Below are positions 10,470 through 21,240 of a stretch of DNA of 38,748 nt, one piece after another. The stretch is from Chiloscyllium plagiosum (Eukaryota), in contig NC_057718.1 in NCBI RefSeq assembly GCF_004010195.1, positions 73,598,010-73,636,757 of the forward strand, written 5' to 3'. The notes below the pieces were generated by a model. The model was not told the origin of the DNA and did no database searches. It saw only the letters and a program-made list of their open reading frames with translations. The stretch's first letter is position 1. Every line of letters starts with the position of its first letter. A program made the translations under genes and the position numbers.

Positions 10470-11720
10470 AACCTTTTGTTGTCTGACCCTTTCAAAGAAT
10501 ATAAATGGATCAGCCGATAGCTCAAAATCTGGAACCCCATTAGCAATTTCCACTAATTATGCCACCGTAAATTATGTTTGTTATCGCTGGGGCAACAGTG
10601 TACCCAATGGTAATTAGGTTTATTGCGACAGGGACACTGAAGGGGTTGACTCCTCTGGGAAGGGTGGGGGCAGACCCCAATCCTCTGTGCACAAGGCAGA
10701 ATGCTGCAAGTCTTCCCTGAGCTCATCCCAGTCTATCTCCTGTCCTTCTCCTTCCTCTTTAACTTCCCCATATGTGCACATTATTCTGTTGCAGATTGAG
10801 AGGGTGGCACGGTGGCACAGTGGTTAGCACTGCTGCCTCACAGCGCCAGAGACCTGGGTTCAATTCCCGGCTCAGGCGACTGACTGTGTGGAGTTTTCAC
10901 ATTCTCCCCGTGTCTGCGTGGGTTTCCTCCGGGTGCTCCAGTTTCCTCCCACAGTCCAAAGATGTGCAGGTCAGGTGAATTGGCCATGCTAAATTACCCG
11001 TAGTGTTAGGTAAGGGGTAAATGTAGGGAAACGGGTGGGTTGCACTTCGGCGGGGCGGTGTGGACTTGTTGGGCCGAAGGGCCTGTTTCCACACTGTAAG
11101 TAATCTAATCTAATCTTTTAGTTTCTCAATCTTCCACAGGCACTTAGCATGGTCTGTGGCTGCCTGTTTCTTCTCCTTATCTGTCTGGTGCATTACCTGT
11201 ATGGCTGCTTGTAAATCTGCACATTTACTTCTGAACTGACAACTTCATTCTCAGTGACTTCTAGCTGACACTGCATGCTGCGTATGCTGGTATGCTCTGT
11301 CTCACTGAGTTTGGAAATGTCCCATGTGAAGTAGGTTTGCCTGCTGTATTTGGTCCTGAGCTGCATTTTTCAGTTTCAATGCTGTTATTTCTTTGTTTGT
11401 GTCCTCTAGTTCTTAATGGACCTTTTCAATTCCCGCTCCATCTCTAACAAATGTGCCAGACAGCATTTCATTACTGTGACTTTTCAAGTTTGGAAGCCTG
11501 CTTCCATTGAATTTTCCTGAAATCCTCCCAATATTTTTGCCCTAGGGATCCTGGTCCCATTTCATCATTACATCAAAATTCTGCCTGTATAGGCCACTTT
11601 TTCTTACTAATGTATTACCTTAGCTCTTTTCCCATATGGGATAATCTTCTACTCTGGCGCCTTTGTCTGCAATTTTCGATTATCTAAGGGGTAAATGGGC
11701 TGGATCTGTCTGAGGGTATG
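10470..11720 (-). pseudogene. gag-like ORF remnant of a second LTR retroelement, interrupted by a SINE
   Basis: Lies downstream of an LTR and PBS; minus-strand peptides ISKKKWPIQAEF, NDEMGPGSLGQKYWEDFRKIQWK, LAHLLEMERELK (coiled-coil-like), EIDWDELREDL, PDFELSADPFIFFERVRQQK; stops and frameshifts. Confidence 0.55.
10804..11114 (+). mobile_element. V-SINE (HE1-like), full length
   Basis: A/B boxes, V-core, CR1-like tail, (TCTAA)n. Confidence 0.93.
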
Positions 11721-11803
11721 GTTTTTGCTATGTTCCGGTCCTAATCCTACCTGGGGGTCTATACCAACTTTTAATGTTTTACCTTACCTATCCCACTGAG
11801 GAT

Positions 11804-11831
11804 CACACACACACACACAAACACACACACA
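11804..11831. repeat. Interrupted (CA)n microsatellite
   Basis: CACACACACACACACAAACACACACACA. Confidence 0.9.
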
Positions 11832-12045
11832 AAACAGTTGTTTGCTTGATCAGGAATAAATACCTGTTGGCTTTGTCCTTTAAAGAACAGTTCAATATAG
11901 ACCTTTCTATTCCCTTTGATTTATTTGAAATCCTGGCCTTCGCGTGGGACACCTGTCCTCTTAACAACCGGCTCAGGCAAAATCTCAACGAATATGATGT
12001 TCTGCTGGATTCGACCTTGGAGTGACAAAGTCATTTCTTCTTGAG

Positions 12046-12063
12046 GTCCCATCTGGGGTGTCA
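12046..12063 (-). promoter_or_regulatory. Primer-binding site, tRNA-Arg(CCT) type
   Basis: Plus strand GTCCCATCTGGGGTGTCA matches the vertebrate tRNA-Arg(CCT) 3' end GTCCCATCTGGGGTGCCA (recalled) at 17/18; 3 nt from the LTR edge. Confidence 0.8.
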
Positions 12064-12066
12064 ATT

Positions 12067-12896
12067 TGTTGCACCTGTCACACAAGGTGTTTTAACTCCT
12101 TTATCTAGCAAAGAAACTGCGAGTTGAAATAAACTATCATATTTATTTATTTAACACAATATTACAGTAACAAAATACATTTCAAGCTAACAATTTATTC
12201 TATAAATCTAATCAACTATCTTCAGCTTTAACGTAATTCTGGATGATCATATACCATCACACTAGATCTTGACCTTGATCCATGTGGTGATGATCGTCTG
12301 GTCTCCTTCCTGCTGGACCTGGTGGTGGCTTCTCTTCACAGTAGTTGGTCTCGAATTACCGCTCCTGAGGGTGGTGTTACAGCGAATCTTATACTTAGTA
12401 GTTGTTCCATCCGTTTTGGGAGGATCTTTGATGTCCACCAATAATTCGATCAGGGCTCAATCACCCTGATTGGTCGGACCCAATCAGGCTTTAACGTGTC
12501 GATGATAGGGTGGTCCTTGAGCATGCATTCCTGGAGGTGTGAGGGACATGTAGGTCAGGTAGCCCTTTCCAAATAAGAGTGTGAGGTGCCCCTTCTTCTG
12601 ATAAACAACTCGATGTTTCCGATTGTCCTGAGGTTGGCATTCAGGTTAATTCCATTCAATTCAAATTCAAGTGTATATTGCATTGTTTGCAGCTGCTGAG
12701 TCAATAGTGTACTGTCTGCCTGTAGCTGCAGCCTGCCCGGATTCTGCAGCTTGTCTATTTCAGTGTCTTTGAGCGCAGTCGCTTTGGCCAAGGCTTGCCT
12801 CAATTTCCCAGCATGCCTCATTTATTGTCCCTTTTTGCATATGCTCATCATTTTCAGTGGCCCATCCAGTCACACTACAGTTCTGTAAACCTAACA
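12067..12896 (-). mobile_element. Putative ~830-bp LTR
   Basis: Inverted termini TGTT...AACA, adjacent PBS, minus-strand AATAAA near 12142-12151; right boundary inferred from the AACA abutting a different repeat. Confidence 0.6.
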
Positions 12897-13020
12897 GTCC
12901 TGATGAAGGGTTTCGGCCTGAAACATTGACTTTACTGCTCCTCAGATGCTGTCTAACATGCTGTGCTTTTCCAGCCTCACATCTATGATTCTGACTTCCA
13001 GCATTTGCAGTCCTTGTTGT
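12896..13020 (+). mobile_element. Penelope terminal-repeat fragment with minimal hammerhead motif
   Basis: AGTC-CTGATGA-AGGGtttcggCCT-GAAACATT-GACT, then CTGCTCCTCAGATGCTG..TTTTCCAGC. Confidence 0.75.
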
Positions 13021-13029
13021 CTCCAAGCC

Positions 13030-13970
13030 TAACATCTATCATTGGTAAAATGTTGGAATCAATTATTAAAGAAGAAATAGCAGCATGGGGCAGCACGGTG
13101 GTACAATGGTTAGCACTGCTGCCTCAGCGCCGGAGACCCAGGTTCAATTCCTGCCTCAGGCAACTGTCTGTGTAGAGTTTGCACATTCTCCCCGTGTCTG
13201 CGTGGGTTTCTACGGGTGCTCTGGTTTCCTCCCACAATCCAAAGATGTGCAGGTTAGGTGAATTGGCCATGCTAAATTGTCCGTAGTGTTAGGTGAAGGG
13301 GTAAATGTAGGGGCATGGGTCTGGGTGGGGGCCTGTTTCCACACTGTAAGTAATCTAATCTAATCTAATCAAGTACAGTCATCATGGCTTCATGAAAGGG
13401 AAATCAGATTTGACTAATTTATCATGAGTTTTCAAGAAAGTCTAAACCAGCATAGATAGAGTGGAACCAGCAGACTTGTTTGTTTGGATTTCCAGAAGAT
13501 GTTTGACAAAGTATCTCAAAAATGGTTAAATCATAAGATAAGAGTCAATAGGTGTTGGAGGTAGTATATTGGCATGGATAGAGAATTTGCGAATGGGTAG
13601 AAAACAGCATTAGGGATAAGGGTTCTTTCTCAGATTGGTGACCAGTGGGGTTCCGAGGATCAGGGTTGGGACTGAACAATATATATTAATGACTTTGAGG
13701 AAGAAAGTGAATGTACTGCAAACAAATTTGCTGACGACATGAAAATAGTTGGAATGGCAGGTTGCCAGAGGGGTACAAATAGTTTTCAGAGAGATATTAA
13801 CAGGTTAATAAGTGGGCAAAATGTTGGCAAATGGAGTGTAATGTTGGAAAGTATGAAGTTTGTTTTGGAAGGGAGAACAAAAGAGCAGAATATTACTGAA
13901 ATGGAGAAAAACTGCAGAAAGCTGCAACACAGAAAGACTTGGAGGTACTTGTACATGAAACACAGAGAGC
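13030..13970 (+). mobile_element. Old CR1 RT fragment interrupted by a SINE
   Basis: GKMLESIIKE, HGFMKGKS, LDFQKMFDKV, KFADDMK remnants. Confidence 0.8.
13087..13369 (+). mobile_element. V-SINE (HE1-like) with small deletion
   Basis: A/B boxes, V-core, (TCTAA)n tail. Confidence 0.92.
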
Positions 13971-14004
13971 TGAGGTGTGAACCATGTGGGATTGTCCGTC
14001 ATAG

Positions 14005-14535
14005 CAGACATCGGAACAAACAGAGACATAGGTATTCAGCCCATTCAATCTGCCCAGCCATTCAGTGAGATCATGGCTGATCTGATAATCCTCAACTCCA
14101 TTTTCCTGCCGTTTCTCTATAATCTTTGATTCCCTTACTGAATAAAAATCTCTCTATTTCAGCCTTAAATACATTGAATGACCCCACTTTAACAGCACGC
14201 TATGATAAAGAATTCCATGGATTCATAACTCTCTGAGAGAAAAGGGAATTCCTAATTGCTAAATTATATGTGCAATGCTTTATTTGAACTGGGACACTCT
14301 GGTACTAAACTCCCCAACAAGGGTAAGCAACCTTTCTGCATCTACCCTATTAAGTAACCGTGGATGTTTCAATTCTTATTGTTCTTATTTGAGTGAGAAC
14401 AGGTCCAGCCTGCTTAAACTCTCCTCATAAGATAGTCCCCCTCTCTACCTAGTATCAGCCTAGTGAACCTTCTTTGGATTGCCTCCAACACCAATATATC
14501 CTTTGTTAGGTAATGGCCCCAAAACTGTTCACAGT
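14005..14535 (-). mobile_element. Old CR1 3' end
   Basis: GAGATCATGGCTGATCTGATAATCCTCAAC shared with the element at 17310-17840; CR1 ORF2 C-terminal remnants. Confidence 0.75.
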
Positions 14536-14765
14536 CATATAGGGAGAATCAAAACTAAAGTGGACAACTCCTAGGATTTGTCAGTTTTCACTGACAAGCT
14601 TGGAAATGCATAGAATGTTTTTCATCTCTGTGCATTAGATTCCATATAGAAAGTTGGATGTATTTTTAGTGCAGAGGTTGATTATATGGGTCTGCTGTGC
14701 AAAGATATGCTGACCATTGCATTCATTAGCACTGTTTAAATGTTGACATAATTAAAACGCTTTTC

Positions 14766-14986
14766 TTGCGGCTGCAGGGGAAGGTGCCAGGAGTGGAGGT
14801 TGGGTTGGTGGGGGGTGTAGACTTGACGAGGGAGTCATGGAGGTAGAGGAATTGAGTTCCGGAGTACTGAGGTCATGATGCAGTTGTATGGGTGGGTTGC
14901 GCTTCGGCGGGGCGGTGTGGACTTGTTGGGCCGAAGGGACTGTTTCCACACTGTAAGCAATCTAATCTAATCTAATCTAATCTAAA
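14766..14986 (+). mobile_element. Chimeric retro-insertion: antisense Penelope piece + CR1 piece + SINE 3' end, with 12-bp TSD
   Basis: AAAACGCTTTTC at 14754-14765 and 14987-14998; middle segment matches 16340-16387; last ~100 bp match the SINE tail. Confidence 0.85.
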
Positions 14987-15291
14987 AAAACGCTTTTCCC
15001 AATGGAGAGTATGTTACTCTGCGTACAAAACTGAAGAAAATATTATTGGGATCCCTAGTGTAATGACCTAGGGATATTTGAATACCCAGAGTGCTTTTAA
15101 ATGAAACAGAAGATACTGTCAGCAGATTTTACATAGAGAAAGAAACAACACTTGCTTTTAGAATTCATGATTTGATGGGACGCCTTGTGGAGTTCAGAAA
15201 GAAGAAAGTCCACCTGCTTTTTTTTGATTAAGTAGACTCTATTGTTTACATTGCCCAAGGCTTATAATTGTAACTGAACCCATCATAAATG

Positions 15292-15419
15292 CTTGTTCTT
15301 AGGAATGGTCATTGGGCCCAAAACATTAACTTTGAATTCTCTTTATATATGCTGCCAGATCTACTGGGCTTTTTCACAGCAACTTCTGCTTTTGTTTCTG
15401 ATTTACAGCATCTGCAGTT
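15292..15419 (+). mobile_element. Decayed Penelope terminal-repeat fragment
   Basis: ATGCTGCCAGATCTACTG..CAGCAACTTCTG..CAGCATCTGCAGT resembles 10425-10460 and 30090-30138; hammerhead core largely lost. Confidence 0.55.
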
Positions 15420-16076
15420 ATAGAGTCATAGCGTCCGAGAGATGTACAGCATGGAAACAGACCTTTCGTGCCAACCAGATATCCCAACCCACTCTAGTCC
15501 CACCTGCCAGCACCCGGCCCATATCCCTCCAAACCCTTCCTATTCATATACCCATCCAAAAGCCTCTTAAATGTTGCATTTGTACCAGCCTCTACCACAT
15601 CCTCTGGCAGCTCATTCCATACACGTACCACCTGCTGCATGAAAAAGTTGCCTCTTAGGTCTCTTTTATATCTTTCTCCTCTCACCCTAAACCTATGCCC
15701 TTTAGTTCTGGACTCACCGACCCCAAGGAAAAGACTTTGTCTATTTACCCTATCCATACCTCTTCATAATTTTGTAAACCTCTATAAGGTCACCCCTCAG
15801 CCTCCGACGCTCCAGGGAAAACAGCCCCAGCCTGTTCAGCCTCTCCCTGTAGCTCAGACCCTCCAACCCTGGCAACATCCTTGTAAATCTTTTCTGAACC
15901 CTTCCAACTTTCACAACATCTTTCTGATGGAAGGAGACCAGAATTGCATGCAACATTCCAACAGTGGCCTAACCAATGTCCTGTATAGCTGCAACATGAC
16001 CTCCCAACTCCTGTACTCAATACTCTGACCAATAAAGGAAAGGATACCAAACGCTTCTTCACTATCCTATCTACCA
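15420..16076 (-). mobile_element. CR1 3' fragment (GACTCTAT-tail subfamily)
   Basis: ORFs 15494..15757 and 15750..15956 (RFTRMLPGLEGLSYRERL, LRGDLIEVYK); TAGAGTCATAG tail. Confidence 0.92.
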
Positions 16077-16198
16077 TGCCACACTGTTGGGATTCTATTC
16101 TATGATTGAGGATAAAGGCTATTCTATGATTGAGGATAAAGCAGGGTGTCCTTGGAGAAGGAGCATGTGGTATGTATCAATGCTCTCGATGCCTTTAG

Positions 16199-16940
16199 AT
16201 GGGGTACTGGGCTAATGGTCGGATACTTGGTAGTGTGGATGAGCAGAGGGATCTTGGTGTCCATGTACACAGATCTCTGAAAGTTGCCACCCAGGTAAAT
16301 AGTGCGGTGAGGAAGGCATATGGCGTACTGGCTTTTATTGGTAGAGGAATTGAGTTCCGGAGTCCTGAGGTCATGATGCAGTTGTATAAGACTCTGGTAC
16401 GGCCGCATCTGGAATATTGTGTGCAGTTTTGGTCGCCATACTATAGGAAGGATGTGGAGGCATTGGAACGGGTGCAGAGGAGGTTTACCAGGATGTTGCC
16501 TGGTATGGAAGGAAAATCGTATGAGGAAAGACTGAGGCACTTGGGGCTGTTTTCACTAGAGAAAAGAAGGTTTAGGGGTGACTTGATTGAGGTGTACAAG
16601 ATGATTAGGGGGTTAGATAGGGTCGACAGTATGAACCTTTTCCCGCGTATTGAGTCGGGTATTACAAGGGGGCATAGCTTTAAATTAAGGGGGGGTAGAT
16701 ATAGGACTGATGTTCGGGGTAGGTTCTTCACTCAGCGAGTCGTTAGTTCATGGGATGCCCTGCCAGTAACAGTGGTGGGCTCTCCCTCTTTATGGGCATT
16801 TAAGAGGGCATTGGATAGGTATATGGAGGATAGTGGGTTAGTGTAGTTTAGGTGGGCTTGGATCGGCGCAACATCGAGGGCCCAAGGGCCTGTACTGCGC
16901 TGTATTCTTCTATGTTCTATGTTCTATGTTCTATGTTCTA
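16199..16940 (+). mobile_element. Young 5'-truncated CR1 with open ORF2 C-terminus (215 aa) and (TTCTATG)n tail
   Basis: QRDLGV, LVRPHLEYCVQFWSP, RGDLIEVYK, FFTQRVV without stops; CpGs retained. Confidence 0.95.
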
Positions 16941-17309
16941 CATGGATGAACATGTAATAGTTTAGGTTGGATGGGCTTCAGATTGGTTTCATAGGCCAGC
17001 ACAACATTGAGGGCCTAACATCCTGTAATATTCTATGTTCTTATCTCAGCTGGAGGTTGTGTTCATATTTTGATTGATTGAGAAGTTATTAAAGGATTAT
17101 CTTTCTTTTATGTGGTAAGTGATATGCATATTTTTTCAGAATTGAATAATTGCGATTTATATTTTTTGAATGTATTTTCTGAAGAACGTATTTGTTTAAT
17201 AGGAAGAGTGTTTGAATGGGGATTGCAATTATTGAATGTAATTATTTTTCATCTCCATTTCAAACATATAGCTTCAAAAGTGTGTACGGGCAGATTGGCA
17301 ACGGAGTAT

Positions 17310-17840
17310 ACATAAGATCACAAAACATAGGAGCAGAAGTAAGCATAGTCATTCAGCCCATTCAGTCTGTTCCAGCATTCAGTGAGATCATGGCTGATCT
17401 GATAATCCTCAACTTCACTTTCCTGCCTTTTCTCCATAACTCTTGATCCCCTTACTGGTTAAAAGTCTGTCTATCTCAGCCTTGAATATACATAACAACT
17501 CAACCTCAACAGTTCTCTCTGGTAAATAATTCCATAGATTCTTCTGAGAGAAGAAATTCCTTCTCATCTCTGTCTTAAATGTGCAAAGCTTTATTCTGAG
17601 AGTATGGCCTCGTAGACTCTCACACAAGAGGAAATACCCTTTCTGCTTCTACCCTGTCAAGTCCTCTAAGAATCTTGTATGTTCCATTAAGTTACCTTTC
17701 ATTCTTCTATATTCCAACAGTACAGGTCCAATGTTCTCAACCTCTCCTCATAAAGCACTCACTCCATACCTGATATCAGCATTGTGAACCTGCTTTGGAT
17801 TGCCACTAATACCAGTATATCTTTCCTCAAAGAATGGGTC
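17310..17840 (-). mobile_element. Old CR1 3' end
   Basis: ORF 17415..17627 (RGHTLRI..EMRRNFFSQ..LWNYLP). Confidence 0.8.
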
Positions 17841-17949
17841 CACATGGAGTGATATGAAGAAACCTGGCTGTGCATGAGGGTTTGAGAAGATATGTAAACA
17901 GAATAGGGATATGGAGTTAGCATAAGAGACAAGAGTGAACATGGGAAAT

Positions 17950-18864
17950 ATAGAGTTAGACAGCATGAAAACAGACCCTCCAGTCTACTTTGTCCATTCC
18001 GAACAGCTTTCCCAAACTAAACGAATCCCATTTGCCTCTGTTTGGCCCATATCCCTCTAAACCTTTCTATTCATGTGTGTGTCCAAATATCTTTTAAATG
18101 TTGTAACTATACCCATCTCTATTATTTCCTCTGGCAGTTTATTTCATTTTTGCAACAGCCTCAGTGTGAAGAAGTGCCCATCAGATCCCCTGTAAATCTT
18201 TCCCCTCTTATCTTAAACCTATGCTCTCTAGTTTTGAACATCCCTGCCCTCAGGAAAAGACCTTTGCTATTCACCTTATTTATGCATCTCATGATTTTAT
18301 AAACCCCTAGGCACCAGAGAAAAGTGTCCCAGCCTTTCCAGCCTCTCCTAATAACTCAAACCCTCAAGTCCTGGCAGCATCCTGGTGAATCTTTTCTGCA
18401 CCCTGTCCAATTTAATAATATCCTTCCTATAGCAGGGCAACCATAACTATGTACAGTACTCCAAAAGTGTCTTCACCAATGTCCTGTACAACCACAGCAT
18501 AATGTCCCCATTCCTATACTCAGTGGTCTAAACATTAAAGACAAGCATTCCGAATGCCTTCTTCTCCACTCTGTCTACCTGTGATGACTTTTAAGGAACT
18601 GTGTACCTCAGCCACTAGATGTTGCGGTTCAACAACTCTCTCCAGGGCCCTAAGATGAACTGTTTTGCCATGATTTGCCTTACCAAAATGCAACACCTCA
18701 TATTTATTGAAATTAAATTCCATTTGCCATTCCTCATTCAGTTGACTCAGCTGATCAAGATCCCGTTGTACTCTTGGAAGATACTCTTCATTGTGCACTT
18801 TACCACCAATTTTGGTGTCATCCACAAACTTACTAACCACACCACCGATATCTCATCCAAATCA
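17950..18864 (-). mobile_element. CR1 3' fragment
   Basis: ORF 18535..18840 (SKFVDDTKIGG, WQMEFN, EVLHFG). Confidence 0.88.
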
Positions 18865-20730
18865 TAGAGTCATAGAGACGTACAGCATGGAAACCGACTA
18901 TTCGGTCCAACCCATCCATGCCGATCAGATATCCAATCCAATCTAATCCTACCTGCCAGCACCTGGCCCATACCCCTCCAAATCCTTCCTATTCATAATC
19001 CACCACTTCCTCTGGCAGCTCATTCCATACATGTGCCACCTCCTGTGTGAAGAACTTGCCCCTTACTTACTTTCTATATCTTTCCCCTCCCACCCTAAAC
19101 CTATGCCCTCTAGTTCTGGACTCCCCCATCCCTGGGAAAAGACTTTGTCTATTTATCCTATCCATGCCCCTCATGATTTTATAAACCTCTATAAGGTCAC
19201 CCCTCAGCCACTCACGTTCCAGGAAAAACAGCCCCAGCCTGTTCAGCCTCTCCCTATAGCTCAAATCCTCCAACCCTGGCAACATCCTTGTAAATCTTTT
19301 CTGAACCCTTTCACGTTTCACAATATCCTTCCAATAGGAAGGGGACCAGAATTTCATGCAATATTCCAAAAGTTGTCTAACCAATGTCCTGTACAGCCGC
19401 AACATGACCTCCCAACTCCTGTACTCCTCACTCTGACCAGTAAAGGAAAGCATAGCAAACGCCTTTTTCACTATCTTATCTACATGTAAGTCTACTTTCA
19501 AGGAGCTATGAACCTGTACTCCAAAGTCTCTTTGTTCAGCAACACTCCCTAGGACCTTACCATTAAGTGTATAAGTCCTGTTAAGATTTGCTTTCCCAAA
19601 ATACACTACCTTGCATTTATCTGAATTAAACTCCATCTGCCTCTCCTCAGTCCATTGGCTCCTCTGATCAAGATCCTGCTGTAATCTAAGGTAGCCTTCT
19701 TTTCTGTCCACTGCACCTCCAGTTTTGGTGTAATCTGTAAACTTACTAACTATACCTCGTCACATCCAAATCATTTGTATAAATGACAAAAAGTAGAGGA
19801 CCCAGCACTGATCCTTGTGGCATTCCACTGGTCACAGGCCTCCAGTCTGAAAAACAACCTTCCACCAACCCCCTCTGTCTTTGATCTTTGCCCAGTTCTC
19901 CCTGTATTCCATGAGATCTAACCTTGCTAACCAATCTCCCATGGGGAACCTTATCGAACGCCTTACTGAAGTCCATATAGATCACATCTACCACTCTGCC
20001 CCCATCAATTCTCTTTGTTACTGCTTCAAAAAACTCAATCAAATTTATGAGAAATGATTTCCCATGCACAAATCCATGTTGACTATCCCGAATCAGTCTT
20101 TGCCTTTCCAAAACATGTACATCCTGTCCCTCAGGATTCCCTCCATCACCGACGTCAGGCTCACAGGTCTATAGTTTCCTGGCTTGTCCTTACCACCCTT
20201 CTTAAACAGTGGCACCACGTTTGCTAACCTCCAGTCTTCTGGCACCTCACCTGTGACTATCGATGATACAAATATCTCAGCAAGAGGCCCAGGAATCACT
20301 TCCCTACCTTTCCACAGAGTTCGAGAGTACACCTGATCAGGTCCTGGGAATTTATCCGCCTTTATGCATTTCAAGACATCCAGCACTTCCTCCTCTGTAA
20401 TATGGACATTTTTTCAAGATGCTACCATCTATTCCCTACGTTCTATATCTTCCATGTCCTTCTCCACACTAAACACTGATGCAAAGTACTTGTTTAGTAT
20501 CTTCTCTATCCCCTGCGGCTCCACACAAAGACCACCTTCTTGATCTTTGAGGGACCCTATTCTCTCCCTAGTTACCCTTCTGTCCTTAATGTATTTGTAA
20601 AAACCCTTCGGATTCTCCTTAACCCTATTTACCATAGCTATCTCATGTCCCCTTTTTGCCCTCCTGATTTCCCTCTTAAGTATACTCCTACTGCTTTTAT
20701 ACTCTTCTAAGGATTCACTCGATTTATCCT

Positions 20731-20824
20731 AGATTAGAGTGGTGTTGGAAAAGCACAGCAGTTCAGGCAGCATCCAAGGAGCAGTAAAATCAACGTTTTG
20801 GCAAAAGCCCTTCATCAGGAATAA
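20731..20824 (-). mobile_element. Short Penelope terminal-repeat insertion with hammerhead motif
   Basis: Minus strand ATTC-CTGATGA-AGGGCttttGCC-AAAACGTT-GATT, then CTGCTCCTTGGATGCTGCCTG; interrupts CR1 ORF2. Confidence 0.7.
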
Positions 20825-20964
20825 GCCTGACATATGCTTCCTTCTTTTTTTTAACCAAACCCTCAATATCTTTCGTCATCCAGCATCCTCTATACCTACC
20901 AGCCTTTCCTTTCACCCTAACAGGAATATACTGTCTCTGCACTCTTGTTTTCTCATTTTTTTTT

Positions 20965-21238
20965 AGATTAGATTAGTTTCCCTACAGTGTGGAAATAGGC
21001 CCTTCAGCCCAACCAGTCCACACTGACCCTCCGAAGAGTAACCCACTCAGACCCATTTCCCTCTGACTAATGCACCTAACACTATGGGCAATTTAACATG
21101 GCCAATTCACCTGACCTGCACATTTTTGTGACTATGGGAGGAAACCAACACAGACATGGGGAGAACGTGCAAAGTCCACACAGACATTTGCCTGGTGCTG
21201 TGAGGCAGCAGTGCTAACCACTGAGCCACTGCGCCATC
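20965..21238 (-). mobile_element. V-SINE (HE1-like), internally deleted
   Basis: (TTAGA)n on plus strand, V-core, head GCAGTGGCTCAGTGGTTAGCACTGCTGCCTCACAGC. Confidence 0.9.
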
Positions 21239-21240
21239 CT

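Noticed and set aside
10804..10875. tRNA genes at SINE heads
   Set aside because: tRNA-derived SINE promoters continuous with the V-core and LINE-like tail.
12046..12063. tRNA-Arg gene
   Set aside because: Only the 3'-terminal 18 nt, including the CCA-equivalent, are present beside an LTR edge, as expected for a PBS.
12555..12821. Coiled-coil-looking 88-aa ORF
   Set aside because: Lies inside the putative LTR, with no recognisable motif or splice signals.
17050..17120. Plus-strand exon ending at the GTAAGT donor near 17115
   Set aside because: Stops in all three frames and a weak acceptor next to a repeat tail.
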